Below are positions 27,631 to 37,779 of a DNA stretch of 64,000 nucleotides, one piece after another; the first letter of the stretch is position 1, and each line of letters starts with the position of its first letter. Under the pieces are notes generated by a model. It made no database searches and was not told the origin of the DNA. It worked only from the letters and a program-made list of their open reading frames with translations. Location of the stretch: assembly GCA_965112635.1 (NCBI GenBank), contig OZ218778.1, positions 2,016,001-2,080,000 on the forward strand, in the 5' to 3' direction. Source of the stretch: an uncultured bacterium. Lineage in GTDB: Bacteria > Oederibacteriota > Oederibacteriia > Oederibacteriales > Oederibacteriaceae. The position numbers and the translations under genes were made by a program.

Positions 27631-29640
27631 ATGAGTAGAGAAAAGCGGAGGCAATTAATAGCTTTTTTTATCGGGCTAGGCATCACCGTGTTGATCATTC
27701 TGGCAAGCTTCATGGATATCTTTGAAAGGCAAGAGCTCAAGCTGCTCGACCTGTGGTTCACCACGCGAGGTCCGCTTTCTGTCCAAGACAAACCGAGTTT
27801 GAGCCGGATTGTCATCGTATCCATTGACGACGCTTCCTTCAGGGAACTTAACCGGCGCTGGCCTTGGCCGAGGCAATGGCACGGCGAGCTTGCCAAAAAA
27901 CTCAAAGCAATGGGTGCCCAGATCACCGCCTTCGATGTCGCTTTTACAGAGTCGACCGAGCAGGAAGACTTCAACCAGAACTTGCTCGGTAACCTGAAAG
28001 ATTCCACGGATAGTTTGATCGCAAAACATTTGGCCAAGGTCAAAGGGTCCGTCCTCAAGCCGTTCAAGGAAGATCTGGACCAGCTTTTCATCAAACCAAA
28101 GACGGGGATGCAGGACCAGCTCTTTGCCCGCGATATCAAGGAGGCGGAAAATGTCATCCTGAGCGGGATGTATTCTGAAGACGACCAGCGGCTTGAATTG
28201 CCGGTTCCGGTCCTGGCCGAAAGCTGTCTGGGGGTTTCACTGGCGAATGTCAATGAGGATTTGGATAGCTTTAACAGGCGGATGGGGGCTTTGCGGAGCG
28301 TCGATAATAAATTGTACCTTCCAACCGCCTTAAAGGTCTATTTGGTCTCCGAAAATAAACAGCTGGAAAAAGCGGAACTTCAGCCAGGACAACTAGTCCT
28401 CAGCCTGGCCGAAGAAGAGGTGTCCGCCCAAAAAGAGAAGATCCTAATCCATCAAAAGTTGCGCATTCCCGTTGACGCCAAAGGACAGATGTTGATCAAT
28501 TTCGCGGGGGTGTCAGGTTCGATCTCCACGATCCCTTTTTACAAAATTTACAATAATGAGATCGGCGCGGAGCAGATCAAGGATAAGGTCGTATTCGTGG
28601 GTTCTACAACTCCGATCTTGCATGACGTTTTTTCAACGCCTTTCAAGCACATGCCAGGGGTGGAGCTCATCGCCAATGCCTATCGGACGCTGGTGGACGA
28701 AGATTTTATAAGGAAGATCAAGCCATCCACCCAATTCTGGGCGTTACTGTTTCTCGGCGCGCTGACCAGCATTTTATTGCTCAGCTTCAATCCTATTTTG
28801 GGTTTGGTCTTTACGGGTGTAATCATGCTCGGCGTTTTATTCACTGCCTGTTATCTGTTCCTTGCGCAGAATGTCTGGTGGCCTATTGCCGATGCCCTTT
28901 GGCTTATCTTTTTATGTTATGTCGGCATTATCCTTTTCAAGGTTTTGATCGAAGAAAGAGAGAAAAGGAAGATCAGGGGGGTGTTCAGCCGTTATGTCTC
29001 GAAGCAGGTCGTGGAGGAGCTGTTGAAAAATCCCGAGGAGTTAAAAATGGGCGGCAATAAACAGCACGTGACCATCCTGTTCTCGGACATCCGTTCTTTT
29101 ACCTCCATGTCGGAGAAGATGGCCCCTGAAGAAGTTGTCCACATCCTGAATGAGTATCTTGCGGCGATGGTGGATATTGTGTTCAAAAATGGCGGGACTT
29201 TGGATAAATTTGTTGGCGACGCGGTCATGGCAACGTTTGGAGTGCCCAAGCCTCATCCGGATGATGCTTTTAGGGCGGTCAAGACAGCTATGGATATGAT
29301 GGCGGAATTAGGGAAGCTTCAGGCCAAGTGGCGTTCTGAGGGGAAGAATCCCTTTGATATTGGTATCGGGATCAACTCGGGCGATGTTGTCGTGGGCAAT
29401 ATGGGCTCGCCCCAACGGATGGAATTTACCGTTATAGGTGATAATGTTAACCTGGCCTCTAGAATGGAGAGCTTGAATAAAGAGTTTCACGCTCATGTCC
29501 TTATCAGCGGACAGACCTATGAACTGGTCAAAGATAGGGTAGAGGTCCGTTACGCCGGCGAAACAAAGGTGAAGGGCAAAGAAGAGTCTGTGCACGTTTA
29601 TGAGCTATTAAAAATGCTAGAGGCCCCAGCAAAGGCGTAA
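27631..29640 (+). CDS. CHASE2-domain class III adenylate cyclase
   Basis: WPWPR, PGVEL, three TMs, FSDIRSFT, DKFVGDAVMA, TVIGDNVNLASR. Confidence 0.92.
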   Translation: MSREKRRQLIAFFIGLGITVLIILASFMDIFERQELKLLDLWFTTRGPLSVQDKPSLSRIVIVSIDDASFRELNRRWPWPRQWHGELAKKLKAMGAQITAFDVAFTESTEQEDFNQNLLGNLKDSTDSLIAKHLAKVKGSVLKPFKEDLDQLFIKPKTGMQDQLFARDIKEAENVILSGMYSEDDQRLELPVPVLAESCLGVSLANVNEDLDSFNRRMGALRSVDNKLYLPTALKVYLVSENKQLEKAELQPGQLVLSLAEEEVSAQKEKILIHQKLRIPVDAKGQMLINFAGVSGSISTIPFYKIYNNEIGAEQIKDKVVFVGSTTPILHDVFSTPFKHMPGVELIANAYRTLVDEDFIRKIKPSTQFWALLFLGALTSILLLSFNPILGLVFTGVIMLGVLFTACYLFLAQNVWWPIADALWLIFLCYVGIILFKVLIEEREKRKIRGVFSRYVSKQVVEELLKNPEELKMGGNKQHVTILFSDIRSFTSMSEKMAPEEVVHILNEYLAAMVDIVFKNGGTLDKFVGDAVMATFGVPKPHPDDAFRAVKTAMDMMAELGKLQAKWRSEGKNPFDIGIGINSGDVVVGNMGSPQRMEFTVIGDNVNLASRMESLNKEFHAHVLISGQTYELVKDRVEVRYAGETKVKGKEESVHVYELLKMLEAPAKA

Positions 29641-29701
29641 GTTCAAGGCGTATGGTTTGGGGACCATCGAGACCGGATTTTCTTGTTCATGAGGAGCTAT
29701 T

Positions 29702-32700
29702 TTGTATTTTAAAAATTTGAGGATCAGTGGATTCAAATCTTTTGTAGATACCACCGAGATCAATTTTGAGCCGGGCATTACCGCGATCGTGGGGCCCAAC
29801 GGATGCGGGAAGAGTAATATTCTGGATTCCATACGGTGGGTCCTTGGCGAGCAGGGTTTAAAAGCCATCCGCTGCAACCAGATGGAAGATGTTATTTTTA
29901 ATGGTTCAGCACAACGCAAGCCCATCGGTATGGCCGAAGTTTCCCTGACCATCAACAATGAAGCAAAGGTCCTGCCAATTGATTTTTCCGAGGTCACCGT
30001 GACCCGTCGTTTGTTCAGAGGCGGGGAAAGCGAATATCTGATCAACAAAGCTCTCTGCCGCCTGAAAGATGTCCAGGAATTGTTCATGGATACCGGTCTG
30101 GGAACCGACGCTTATTCGATCTTTGAGCAGGGGAAGATGGATTTCATTCTCAATTCAAAACCCACGGAACGGCGCTCTATATTCGAAGAGGCGGCAGGTA
30201 TCAGCAAGTATAAGTTTAGACGTGAAGAGACCCTGCGGAAGCTGGAAGCCACGGAACAGAATTTATTGCGGATCAACGATATCGTTCTGGAGAACCGGAG
30301 GCAGATCAATTCGCTCGAAAGGCAGGCAAAAAAAGCAGAAAAGTTCCGACAACTCAAAAATGAGCTGGAACAACTTGACCTTAAACTGGGACAGTTCAAG
30401 GTCAGGGCCATGTCCAGCGAGTTGGCCGGGCTTCAAGAGGTCGCAAAAAATTTGCAGGGGGAATTGCACCGGATAGAACTGGCCAGTTATGAGAAAGAGA
30501 ACGAACAAAAAGCAGGCCAGGAAAAACTCAGGAAAGTACAAGATTATCTTTCGGAACTGCAGAAAGATATTTATCTGGCCAGTTCGCAGGAGCAGAGTTT
30601 ACAGACACAAAAAGAGGTCTCGCGGGAGAAGATCAATAACCTTGACAATAAGAGACAGGAAACTTTCCGGTTGATTGAGGTCACCAAGGTGCGGGCTCAG
30701 CAGTTAAAAGAATTGCTGGAAACCCTTAAAGAACAAGATCTTGTGCTGACCGCCCAGATCAAGCAGGATGAGGAAAGCTCCGACAAGTGCCAACAAGAGA
30801 TCAGTGCCTCCAAAGCGGAAATCGAGAGGTTGAATCAGGAGAAAAACAGGATTGCGGCGGAAGTGACCGAGTTAAGACAAAAGCAGTTTTCCGCCAAGAA
30901 CGAAATAGTTCGGACGGAACAGAGTATCCGGCACGAAGAGCTGGAGATCAACCGGTTCACCCTGGAAGTCAACAAGGTCAAAGAAAAAAGGGACCAGGGT
31001 GATGTTTTCATCAACAGGCTCTCCCTGGAAGATGAAGCCTGCCAACAGCAGCTGGATCAGATTGAAGCCAAATCCAAGGACCTGCAGGAGCAGTTGTCGC
31101 GCCTTGAGCAGGTTTTAACGACTTTGGAAACCATGCTGGAGCAGCTACGGAAAGAATATGTCACGACAAGTTCGAAGCTAGAGTTTCTTGAGCAGATGGA
31201 AAGTTCGCAGCAGGGAATTGAAGAGGGGGCCAGGAATTTATTAAGGACTCCCCCGGATCAACTGAAGGATGTTTTTAGGGTTCTGGCCGATGTCGTTTCC
31301 GTCGATGCCGACAAAGAGAAGGTGCTTGAGGTTTTCCTCGGCCCGAAATTGCAAGCGCTCCTTACCGATGATGCAGAGATGGTCTGGTCGGCCATGATGT
31401 ATCTAAAGGAGAAAAAACTAGGACGAGCATTTTTTGTGGACCCCGAGTTCCTCAAAACATTCTCCCCCAAAGAGAACCTCCCGGAAGTCATCCTGCAGTC
31501 ATCCGGTGTCCTTGGTTGTCTGAGGGATTTTGTCAAAGTAGAAGAGGATTACAAACCAATTGTCGAAGGCCTGCTGGGAGAAACCCTTTTGGTGGAAGAC
31601 CTAGAAAAAGCCAGAATTATCCTCCATGGAGCCACCGCACCGCTTTCAATCGTGACCCTTAATGGCGAGGTGTTGCGTCAAGATGGCATTGTTGAAGGGG
31701 GGCTATTTGCTCCTGTTCACGGCGGACTTTTATCTAGAGAGAGGGAAATCAGGAATTTAAAACAGGAATCAGAGAGGCTGCAGAGGGCAATCCTGGACTC
31801 CGAGGGCGAACAAGCCAAGACTTTGACCCAGGCAAAGGCGCTGGAAGAAGAACTCAATGCTTTAAAAGCGAACCAGCAAGAGACGCAGATACTAGTCGCC
31901 AAGCTGGAGAAAGAAAAGAGTTTAGGGCTAGAACAAAAACAAAAGGTCGGCGAGGAGGAGACAGTTCTTCTGGCCGGAATCAAGGAAGCAAAAGGCAGGT
32001 CCGCTCGTTTAAGCGAACAGATATCTGAATATCAACAATCCCTCCTTGAGCTGGGGAACCAAGAGTCCGGGCTTTTACAGATGGAACATGATGCGCTCAA
32101 TAAATTGCAACAGGCGGAAGCCCATTATACGAATTTAGGAAAGACCCTGTCCGCGATGAATATTCATTTGGCCCAAAACCAGGAGAAGAAAGCCGCGGTC
32201 ATGAAGGAAAGGGAAGAGAAGGTCCGTCAAGGCGATGAAGTCGAGCAGCAGCTCAATGATATGAATGTTTTCATCAATGAAAGCAAGGCCAGCCGGGATC
32301 AAATTGAGGAGATGATCGGGAAGCTAGAGCAGGAACAGGAAAAGCTCAGGAATAATAAACAGAAGAAAGAGGAAAAATTAAAGGAAGAAGAGGGTTTGAA
32401 AGACCAGGTCGCCGAAGAGTTGGTCGCCATTGATAATGAAGTTGTTGCTATGCGAAAAAACAAGGAAGAGGTGCAGCGTCAACTTCAAGAGGAGAAGATG
32501 AAAGTTGAGAAATTGACCTGGAATGTGGAGCAACTAACTGGCCGGCTCAAGGCCGAATACAATTGGAGCGAGCAGGATTTTCAAGCCTTTGAGGAGAATT
32601 ATTCTCTGGAATCCAATGAGACGCGCGTCAATGAGCTGAGAGAGAAAATTAAAGACCTCGGTGAAGTCAGCCAACTTGCAATCGAAGAGTATGACGAGCT

Positions 32701-33253
32701 CTCCAAAAGGCTTACGTTTCTCGAGGAGCAGCAAAAGGACCTTGTAGAATCAAAAGCTTCGTTGCTCAAGTTAATACAACAGATCAACGCCAACAGCCGT
32801 GAGCTTTTTAAGGACACTTTTGAAAAGGCCCGGCAGAATTTCAAGGAAATCTTCACGCGTCTTTTCAATGGAGGCGAGGCGGACATCACGTTGGTTGAGG
32901 GCGAAGACGTTTTGGAGGCAGGGGTGGAAATCATGGCCCGTCCACCAGGGAAAAAGCTTCAGTCAGTCAGTCTGTTGTCTGGCGGCGAGAGGGCATTGTG
33001 CGCCATCGCCATCCTTTTTTCATTGTTTTTGGTCAGGCCTTCGCCTTTTTGCGTGTTGGATGAAGTAGATGCCCCATTGGATGATGCCAATGTCCATCGC
33101 TATACACGCTTGCTTGAGCAGTTTCTCAAAACCACGCAGTTTATCTTGATCACTCACAGCAAGCTGACTATGGAGATCGCGGACGTTTTATATGGCGTGA
33201 CAATGCAGGAACAAGGAGTGTCTAAAATCGTTTCTGTCAAATTCAAAGAGTAA
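29702..33253 (+). CDS. smc: Chromosome segregation protein SMC
   Basis: GPNGCGKSN, hinge, LSGGE, LDEVDAPLD. Confidence 0.97.
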   Translation: MYFKNLRISGFKSFVDTTEINFEPGITAIVGPNGCGKSNILDSIRWVLGEQGLKAIRCNQMEDVIFNGSAQRKPIGMAEVSLTINNEAKVLPIDFSEVTVTRRLFRGGESEYLINKALCRLKDVQELFMDTGLGTDAYSIFEQGKMDFILNSKPTERRSIFEEAAGISKYKFRREETLRKLEATEQNLLRINDIVLENRRQINSLERQAKKAEKFRQLKNELEQLDLKLGQFKVRAMSSELAGLQEVAKNLQGELHRIELASYEKENEQKAGQEKLRKVQDYLSELQKDIYLASSQEQSLQTQKEVSREKINNLDNKRQETFRLIEVTKVRAQQLKELLETLKEQDLVLTAQIKQDEESSDKCQQEISASKAEIERLNQEKNRIAAEVTELRQKQFSAKNEIVRTEQSIRHEELEINRFTLEVNKVKEKRDQGDVFINRLSLEDEACQQQLDQIEAKSKDLQEQLSRLEQVLTTLETMLEQLRKEYVTTSSKLEFLEQMESSQQGIEEGARNLLRTPPDQLKDVFRVLADVVSVDADKEKVLEVFLGPKLQALLTDDAEMVWSAMMYLKEKKLGRAFFVDPEFLKTFSPKENLPEVILQSSGVLGCLRDFVKVEEDYKPIVEGLLGETLLVEDLEKARIILHGATAPLSIVTLNGEVLRQDGIVEGGLFAPVHGGLLSREREIRNLKQESERLQRAILDSEGEQAKTLTQAKALEEELNALKANQQETQILVAKLEKEKSLGLEQKQKVGEEETVLLAGIKEAKGRSARLSEQISEYQQSLLELGNQESGLLQMEHDALNKLQQAEAHYTNLGKTLSAMNIHLAQNQEKKAAVMKEREEKVRQGDEVEQQLNDMNVFINESKASRDQIEEMIGKLEQEQEKLRNNKQKKEEKLKEEEGLKDQVAEELVAIDNEVVAMRKNKEEVQRQLQEEKMKVEKLTWNVEQLTGRLKAEYNWSEQDFQAFEENYSLESNETRVNELREKIKDLGEVSQLAIEEYDELSKRLTFLEEQQKDLVESKASLLKLIQQINANSRELFKDTFEKARQNFKEIFTRLFNGGEADITLVEGEDVLEAGVEIMARPPGKKLQSVSLLSGGERALCAIAILFSLFLVRPSPFCVLDEVDAPLDDANVHRYTRLLEQFLKTTQFILITHSKLTMEIADVLYGVTMQEQGVSKIVSVKFKE

Positions 33254-33300
33254 GTTCTTGCCAGTCAACGCTCGCCAACCGCAGAAGGACAGATGTCGCA

Positions 33301-34209
33301 GTGAGTTGGATAGACAAATTTAAAAATGTATTAAGCAAAACCCGCCAAAAAATATCCGATTCGCTTTTCCCGTTCCTCTTAAGCCAGACTTTCCCTGAGA
33401 CTTTTTGGGAGGGTTTGGAGGACGCTCTTTTATCATCCGATGTCGGCGGTCCTTTGACCGAAACCCTGCTCACGGAAGTTAAAAAAGAGTTGGCCCAGCG
33501 AAAAGTCCAAACTGCCCAAGAGGCCGTTGATATTTTAAAAGAGGTCCTTAAAAAGTTGTTTCCTCTGCCGTTGAAATTGCAAAACAAAATTCCCCAAGTC
33601 ATCCTTGTTGTAGGGGTTAATGGAAGTGGAAAAACAACCACCATAGCAAAATTGGGCCACTTTTATCAAAAAAACGGGAAGAAAGTCCTATTGGTAGCCG
33701 CAGACACATTTCGGGCCGCTGCCCAAGCACAGCTAAAAATATGGGGGGATAGGCTTGGGGTCCACGTGTTTTCCCTGGATGGCAACGCAGGCGCTTCTTC
33801 GGTCATCTTTGAGGCTCTTAAAAAATGCTATAACGAGAAAGTGGATGTTGTCCTCATTGATACCGCTGGCCGTTTACATACAAAATTGCCTTTGATTGAA
33901 GAGATGAAAAAGATCAAAAAAGTGATTCAAAAGTTTGATCCCGATGGTCCCCATCAGATTTTATTGGTCATTGACGCTTCCACCGGACAAAATGGGCTGA
34001 CACAGGCAAAGGTTTTTTATGATTCGCTTGGAATTACCGGGCTCATTTTGACCAAACTTGATGGAAGCGCTAAGGGAGGGATGGTTTTTTCTGTTGTCAG
34101 TGAGTTGAAAGTGCCGATTATTAAAGTGGGCATTGGTGAAGGGGTAGAGGATTTGGATGATTTTAGCGCAGATGATTTTATTGAAGCTATATTTTCTTTT
34201 CAAATATAA
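33301..34209 (+). CDS. ftsY: SRP receptor
   Basis: GVNGSGKTTT, DTFRAAA, DTAGR, TKLDGSAKGG. Confidence 0.96.
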   Translation: MSWIDKFKNVLSKTRQKISDSLFPFLLSQTFPETFWEGLEDALLSSDVGGPLTETLLTEVKKELAQRKVQTAQEAVDILKEVLKKLFPLPLKLQNKIPQVILVVGVNGSGKTTTIAKLGHFYQKNGKKVLLVAADTFRAAAQAQLKIWGDRLGVHVFSLDGNAGASSVIFEALKKCYNEKVDVVLIDTAGRLHTKLPLIEEMKKIKKVIQKFDPDGPHQILLVIDASTGQNGLTQAKVFYDSLGITGLILTKLDGSAKGGMVFSVVSELKVPIIKVGIGEGVEDLDDFSADDFIEAIFSFQI

Positions 34210-34296
34210 AGTTTAAGTTATTTATTAGTAATTATGAGTTTTTCAAATATTTTTATATAAAATTTGTGAAGCTCCATGCATTATATTGGACGTCTA

Positions 34297-34324
34297 TTGA
34301 CAGATGTGATTACGGTGATATCAT
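34297..34324 (+). promoter_or_regulatory. Sigma70-type promoter of the flgF operon
   Basis: TTGACA-16-TATCAT with TG extension. Confidence 0.65.
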
Positions 34325-34339
34325 TACGTCAGAAGGTGG

Positions 34340-34410
34340 AAACTAGTAAGGTAGGCTGGACTGCTTTGCAGAAGCCTGTAATTGCCGATTGACTGAGGCA
34401 ATTTTTTTAC
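34340..34410 (+). ncRNA. Flagellar leader RNA motif, copy 1 (riboswitch/attenuator-like)
   Basis: AGGCT-GGA-CTGC-TTT-GCAG-A-AGCCT plus AATTGCC-GATTGACTGA-GGCAATT; shared with 53116-53189. Confidence 0.75.
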
Positions 34411-34429
34411 AGCGATTTAGTTCGAGCCG

Positions 34430-34467
34430 ATCCTTACTGGTTTTTTACCAGTAAGGATTTTTTATTT
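34430..34467 (+). terminator. Leader terminator upstream of flgF
   Basis: 12-bp stem ATCCTTACTGGT/ACCAGTAAGGAT plus TTTTTATTT. Confidence 0.85.
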
Positions 34468-34483
34468 AGAAGGAGGGCTTCAA

Positions 34484-35272
34484 ATGATCGCTGGTATTTA
34501 TACCTCTGCTTCAGGAATGATCGCCTATCAAACCCAAATGGATGTTGTGGCGAATAATCTTGCCAATGTTTCCACGACTGGTTTTAAAAAAGACGAAGCC
34601 GTCTTCACGGCCTTTCCTTCCTGGGTCATTCATCGTGTCAATGACAATATCGTTCCCATGGGAAGCGGTGCATTAGATTTGAGGCCTGCCATCGGCGTGA
34701 GAGGCGGAGGCGTGCAAGTCATGGACAATAATGTCATCCCGCGTTTTGATCAAGGCTCTTTGCAAGGAACGGACAATCCTTTTGATCTTGCCATTGAAGG
34801 GTCCGGTTTTTTTTCAGTGCAGACTCCCCAGGGGATCCGGTATACCCGTAATGGAAATTTTACGCTAAGCAGCAATAAAGAGCTTGTCAATATGGAGGGG
34901 TGTCAAGTTTTAGGAAATGATAACAAGCCCATAGTCATAAATGGTGACAAGGTCAACGTGATCGGGGACGGCTCGGTCTATGTTGACGGCATAAAGACCA
35001 ATCAGGTCGCCCTGACCGAGTTTGCTAACCCCCAATCTCTGACCAAACAAGGCGATGGGTTGTTCATTGCTCCGCAGGGGGTGGCACTAAACACCGGGAC
35101 GCCACAGTCCAGAGTCCACCAGGGCTCTCTAGAGTCATCCAATGTCAATACAATTGGGGAAATGGTCAAAATGATCGCTACGATGAGAGCGTATGAGGCA
35201 AGCCAACGCATGATCAGTTACCAGGACAGCACGCTCGGACACGCGGTCAACGATATTGCCAGAATGGCTTAA
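34484..35272 (+). CDS. flgF: Flagellar rod protein FlgF/FlgG-like
   Basis: ANNLANVSTTGFK, YTRNGNF, LESSNV. Confidence 0.85.
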   Translation: MIAGIYTSASGMIAYQTQMDVVANNLANVSTTGFKKDEAVFTAFPSWVIHRVNDNIVPMGSGALDLRPAIGVRGGGVQVMDNNVIPRFDQGSLQGTDNPFDLAIEGSGFFSVQTPQGIRYTRNGNFTLSSNKELVNMEGCQVLGNDNKPIVINGDKVNVIGDGSVYVDGIKTNQVALTEFANPQSLTKQGDGLFIAPQGVALNTGTPQSRVHQGSLESSNVNTIGEMVKMIATMRAYEASQRMISYQDSTLGHAVNDIARMA

Positions 35273-35314
35273 AGAAGAAATTATTAAAATCTTAAGCAGA
35301 GGAGGAACGGTTAG

Positions 35315-36112
35315 ATGATGAGGACATTGTGGTCAGCTGCGTCAGGCATGTTGGCCCAGCAATTGAATATTGATACAATCAGTAATAACCTGGCGAATGT
35401 GAGCACGACAGGTTATAAGAAAAGCAGGGTGGAATTCCAAGATCTGTTGTATCAAACCATTCGACCTTCAGGTGTTCCGCTTTCTACGGGCACGCAAACA
35501 GCCATTGGGGTGCAGGTAGGCACAGGTACAAAACCTGTGGCTATCCAAAAGCTGTTCACCCAGGGAGAGACCACGATTACCAACAATCCTCTGGACCTAG
35601 AGGTTGACGGAGATGGCTTCTTCCAGGTATCCCAGCCTGATGGAACTATCGCCTATACAAGGGACGGGAGTTTCAACCAGGATGCTGCCGGGCATATCGT
35701 TACGCCAGACGGCAATTATTTGCAGCCTGAAATTTCTATTCCGCAAGATATAACCAGCGTCAGCATCAGCTCGGAAGGCAAGGTTTTTGGGACGGTCCCC
35801 GGACAAACCGACCAATCGCTTTTGGGCGAAATTGAGTTAGTGAAATTTGTCAACCCTGCCGGGCTTAATGCTTTGGGGGGCAATCTGTACGCCGCCACCT
35901 CTGCTTCCGGTGAACCTATCCAGGGTGTCCCCGGTGTCAATGGGTTCGGGTCCATCGCCCAAGGTTCCTTGGAAAATTCAAATGTGCAAGTCGTGGAAGA
36001 AATGGTGAACATGATCATATCCCAAAGGGCTTATGAAGTTAACGCCAAGGCCATCACGACGGCGGACCAGATGCTTTCGTTGGCCAATAACCTCAGGGGA
36101 CAGAACGCATAA
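35315..36112 (+). CDS. flgG: Flagellar distal rod protein
   Basis: SNNLANVSTTGYKKSRVEFQDLLYQ, YTRDGSF. Confidence 0.95.
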   Translation: MMRTLWSAASGMLAQQLNIDTISNNLANVSTTGYKKSRVEFQDLLYQTIRPSGVPLSTGTQTAIGVQVGTGTKPVAIQKLFTQGETTITNNPLDLEVDGDGFFQVSQPDGTIAYTRDGSFNQDAAGHIVTPDGNYLQPEISIPQDITSVSISSEGKVFGTVPGQTDQSLLGEIELVKFVNPAGLNALGGNLYAATSASGEPIQGVPGVNGFGSIAQGSLENSNVQVVEEMVNMIISQRAYEVNAKAITTADQMLSLANNLRGQNA

Positions 36113-36127
36113 TAGGGGGGCTGTAGC

Positions 36128-37114
36128 TTGAGACTCAGGATCGGTAGTTTATTAATTTTAGCTTTAGTGGCCCTCTGCGGTGCGGGGCAAACCAAAGATG
36201 GGTCGGGGTCGATATCCATCAAACTTAAAGCGGGCGCTTTAGTCAACGGCAAGGTAGTTTGTCTTAAGGATATCGCGTCCGTGGAAGGGGACGAGGCCCG
36301 GGTATCGCAGTTATTGGAGACCCCTCTCATCGACGCGCCTGCCCCTGCTGAAAGCGTCAAAATGACAGAGCAGCAGCTGGAAGCCATCCTGTTCAGGAAG
36401 GGCATTGATGCAAGCAGTTTTGCTATCAGTGGGGCCAGTGAGATCCAGATCACAGCAAATTTTAAGGAAATAAAGCATGATGATTTTATCGCCATGGTCA
36501 AAGATTACCTCCTCAAAACCATCAGGGTTGATCCCAACGAGCGCCTTACTTTGGACCCCATCTCTTTGCCTGGGGAAGGCGATCTTGTCCTGCCGCATGG
36601 CAACATTTCCGTTGAAGTGACCGGCGAGGTCAATCCGAAGAGCAAGCAGATCATGGTACCCGTAAGGATCAAGGTTGATGGGGTCTATTACAAACATTGT
36701 TCCGTTGCTTTTAAAGTTCACCGCCTAGCGGATGTCGCGGTGGCTAAAAGGAAGATGGAGCGGCACAAGGTCTTGGAGAACGAAGACATTACCATTGAAG
36801 AGAGAGATCTCAATGCCATGTCAGGCGAAGCGATCACTGACATCGGTAGTATTGTTGGAAAGAGGACCACGAGAGCCGTTGCCCCAAAACAGCCCGTGGT
36901 GGCCAGTATGGTCGAGATGCCTCCCCTGATCAAAAGGGGGGATGCGGTCACCGTGGTAGCTCGTTATAAGAACTTGCGGATCACCACTTTGGCCGAAGCC
37001 AAAGATGACGGTCGTTTAGGGGAAACCATTCGTTTGGAGAACGTGGATTCCAAGAAAGAGGTTAAGGCGATTGTAACCGGGGATAAGCAAGCAGAGATAG
37101 AAGTGAAATTATAG
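36128..37114 (+). CDS. flgA: P-ring chaperone
   Basis: SAF domain, IKRGDAV...DGRLGETIRLEN..SKK. Confidence 0.88.
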   Translation: MRLRIGSLLILALVALCGAGQTKDGSGSISIKLKAGALVNGKVVCLKDIASVEGDEARVSQLLETPLIDAPAPAESVKMTEQQLEAILFRKGIDASSFAISGASEIQITANFKEIKHDDFIAMVKDYLLKTIRVDPNERLTLDPISLPGEGDLVLPHGNISVEVTGEVNPKSKQIMVPVRIKVDGVYYKHCSVAFKVHRLADVAVAKRKMERHKVLENEDITIEERDLNAMSGEAITDIGSIVGKRTTRAVAPKQPVVASMVEMPPLIKRGDAVTVVARYKNLRITTLAEAKDDGRLGETIRLENVDSKKEVKAIVTGDKQAEIEVKL

Positions 37115-37130
37115 ATTCGAGGGGGTTTGT

Positions 37131-37757
37131 ATGAAAAAGTCGTTCGTTGTTCCGAAGATAATCCTTGCGGTCCTTCTGGCCAGTGTTTTAGGGTCCATTG
37201 CATTCGCGGACTCTTTATGGAGCCCCAATGGTTCAACGGATACCCCGAATTCCCTGTTTTCGGATAAAAGGTCTTTTAAAGTTGGCGATACGGTGGTGGT
37301 GCAGATCGTCGAGTCTGCCCAAGCGTCCCAGAACATTTCAACTTCAACACAAAAAGACGGATCACTCAGCGGCGGTGTGGGGACCAATCTAGCCGGCTCT
37401 ATGAACAATGCGGGCGGTGGTACCTGGTCGGGGGTGGGAGCTAATGAAACCTATAACGGGTTAGGAAAAAACTCGCGGAGCGGCTCTTTTCAAGGCACCA
37501 TCTCGGTAACGATTAACAAGGTTTTGCCCAACGGGAACCTGGAAATCAAGGGTAGCAGGGTCGTCACCATCAATGATGAGAAAGAGAATATCGAGGTTTC
37601 AGGGATAATACGTCCCTGCGACATCAATTCTTCCAATACGGTCCTTTCTACAGCGATCGCCGAAGCCCGGATATTATACGAAGGCAAGGGACCCTTGGGA
37701 GAAAAGGCACGCCCTGGCTTTTTGACCCGGTTATTGGATTGGTTGTGGATATTTTAA
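37131..37757 (+). CDS. flgH: L-ring protein
   Basis: LFSDKR...VGDTV, VLPNGNLEIKG, SGIIRP.DI. Confidence 0.92.
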   Translation: MKKSFVVPKIILAVLLASVLGSIAFADSLWSPNGSTDTPNSLFSDKRSFKVGDTVVVQIVESAQASQNISTSTQKDGSLSGGVGTNLAGSMNNAGGGTWSGVGANETYNGLGKNSRSGSFQGTISVTINKVLPNGNLEIKGSRVVTINDEKENIEVSGIIRPCDINSSNTVLSTAIAEARILYEGKGPLGEKARPGFLTRLLDWLWIF

Positions 37758-37779
37758 GAAGGACAAGGGGAGTTCAATT

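Noticed and set aside
34352-34403. c-di-GMP-I/II riboswitch, expected upstream of flagellar genes
   Set aside because: Lacks the GGCAAAC/GNRA-receptor and class II pseudoknot signatures by eye; reported instead as an unknown motif
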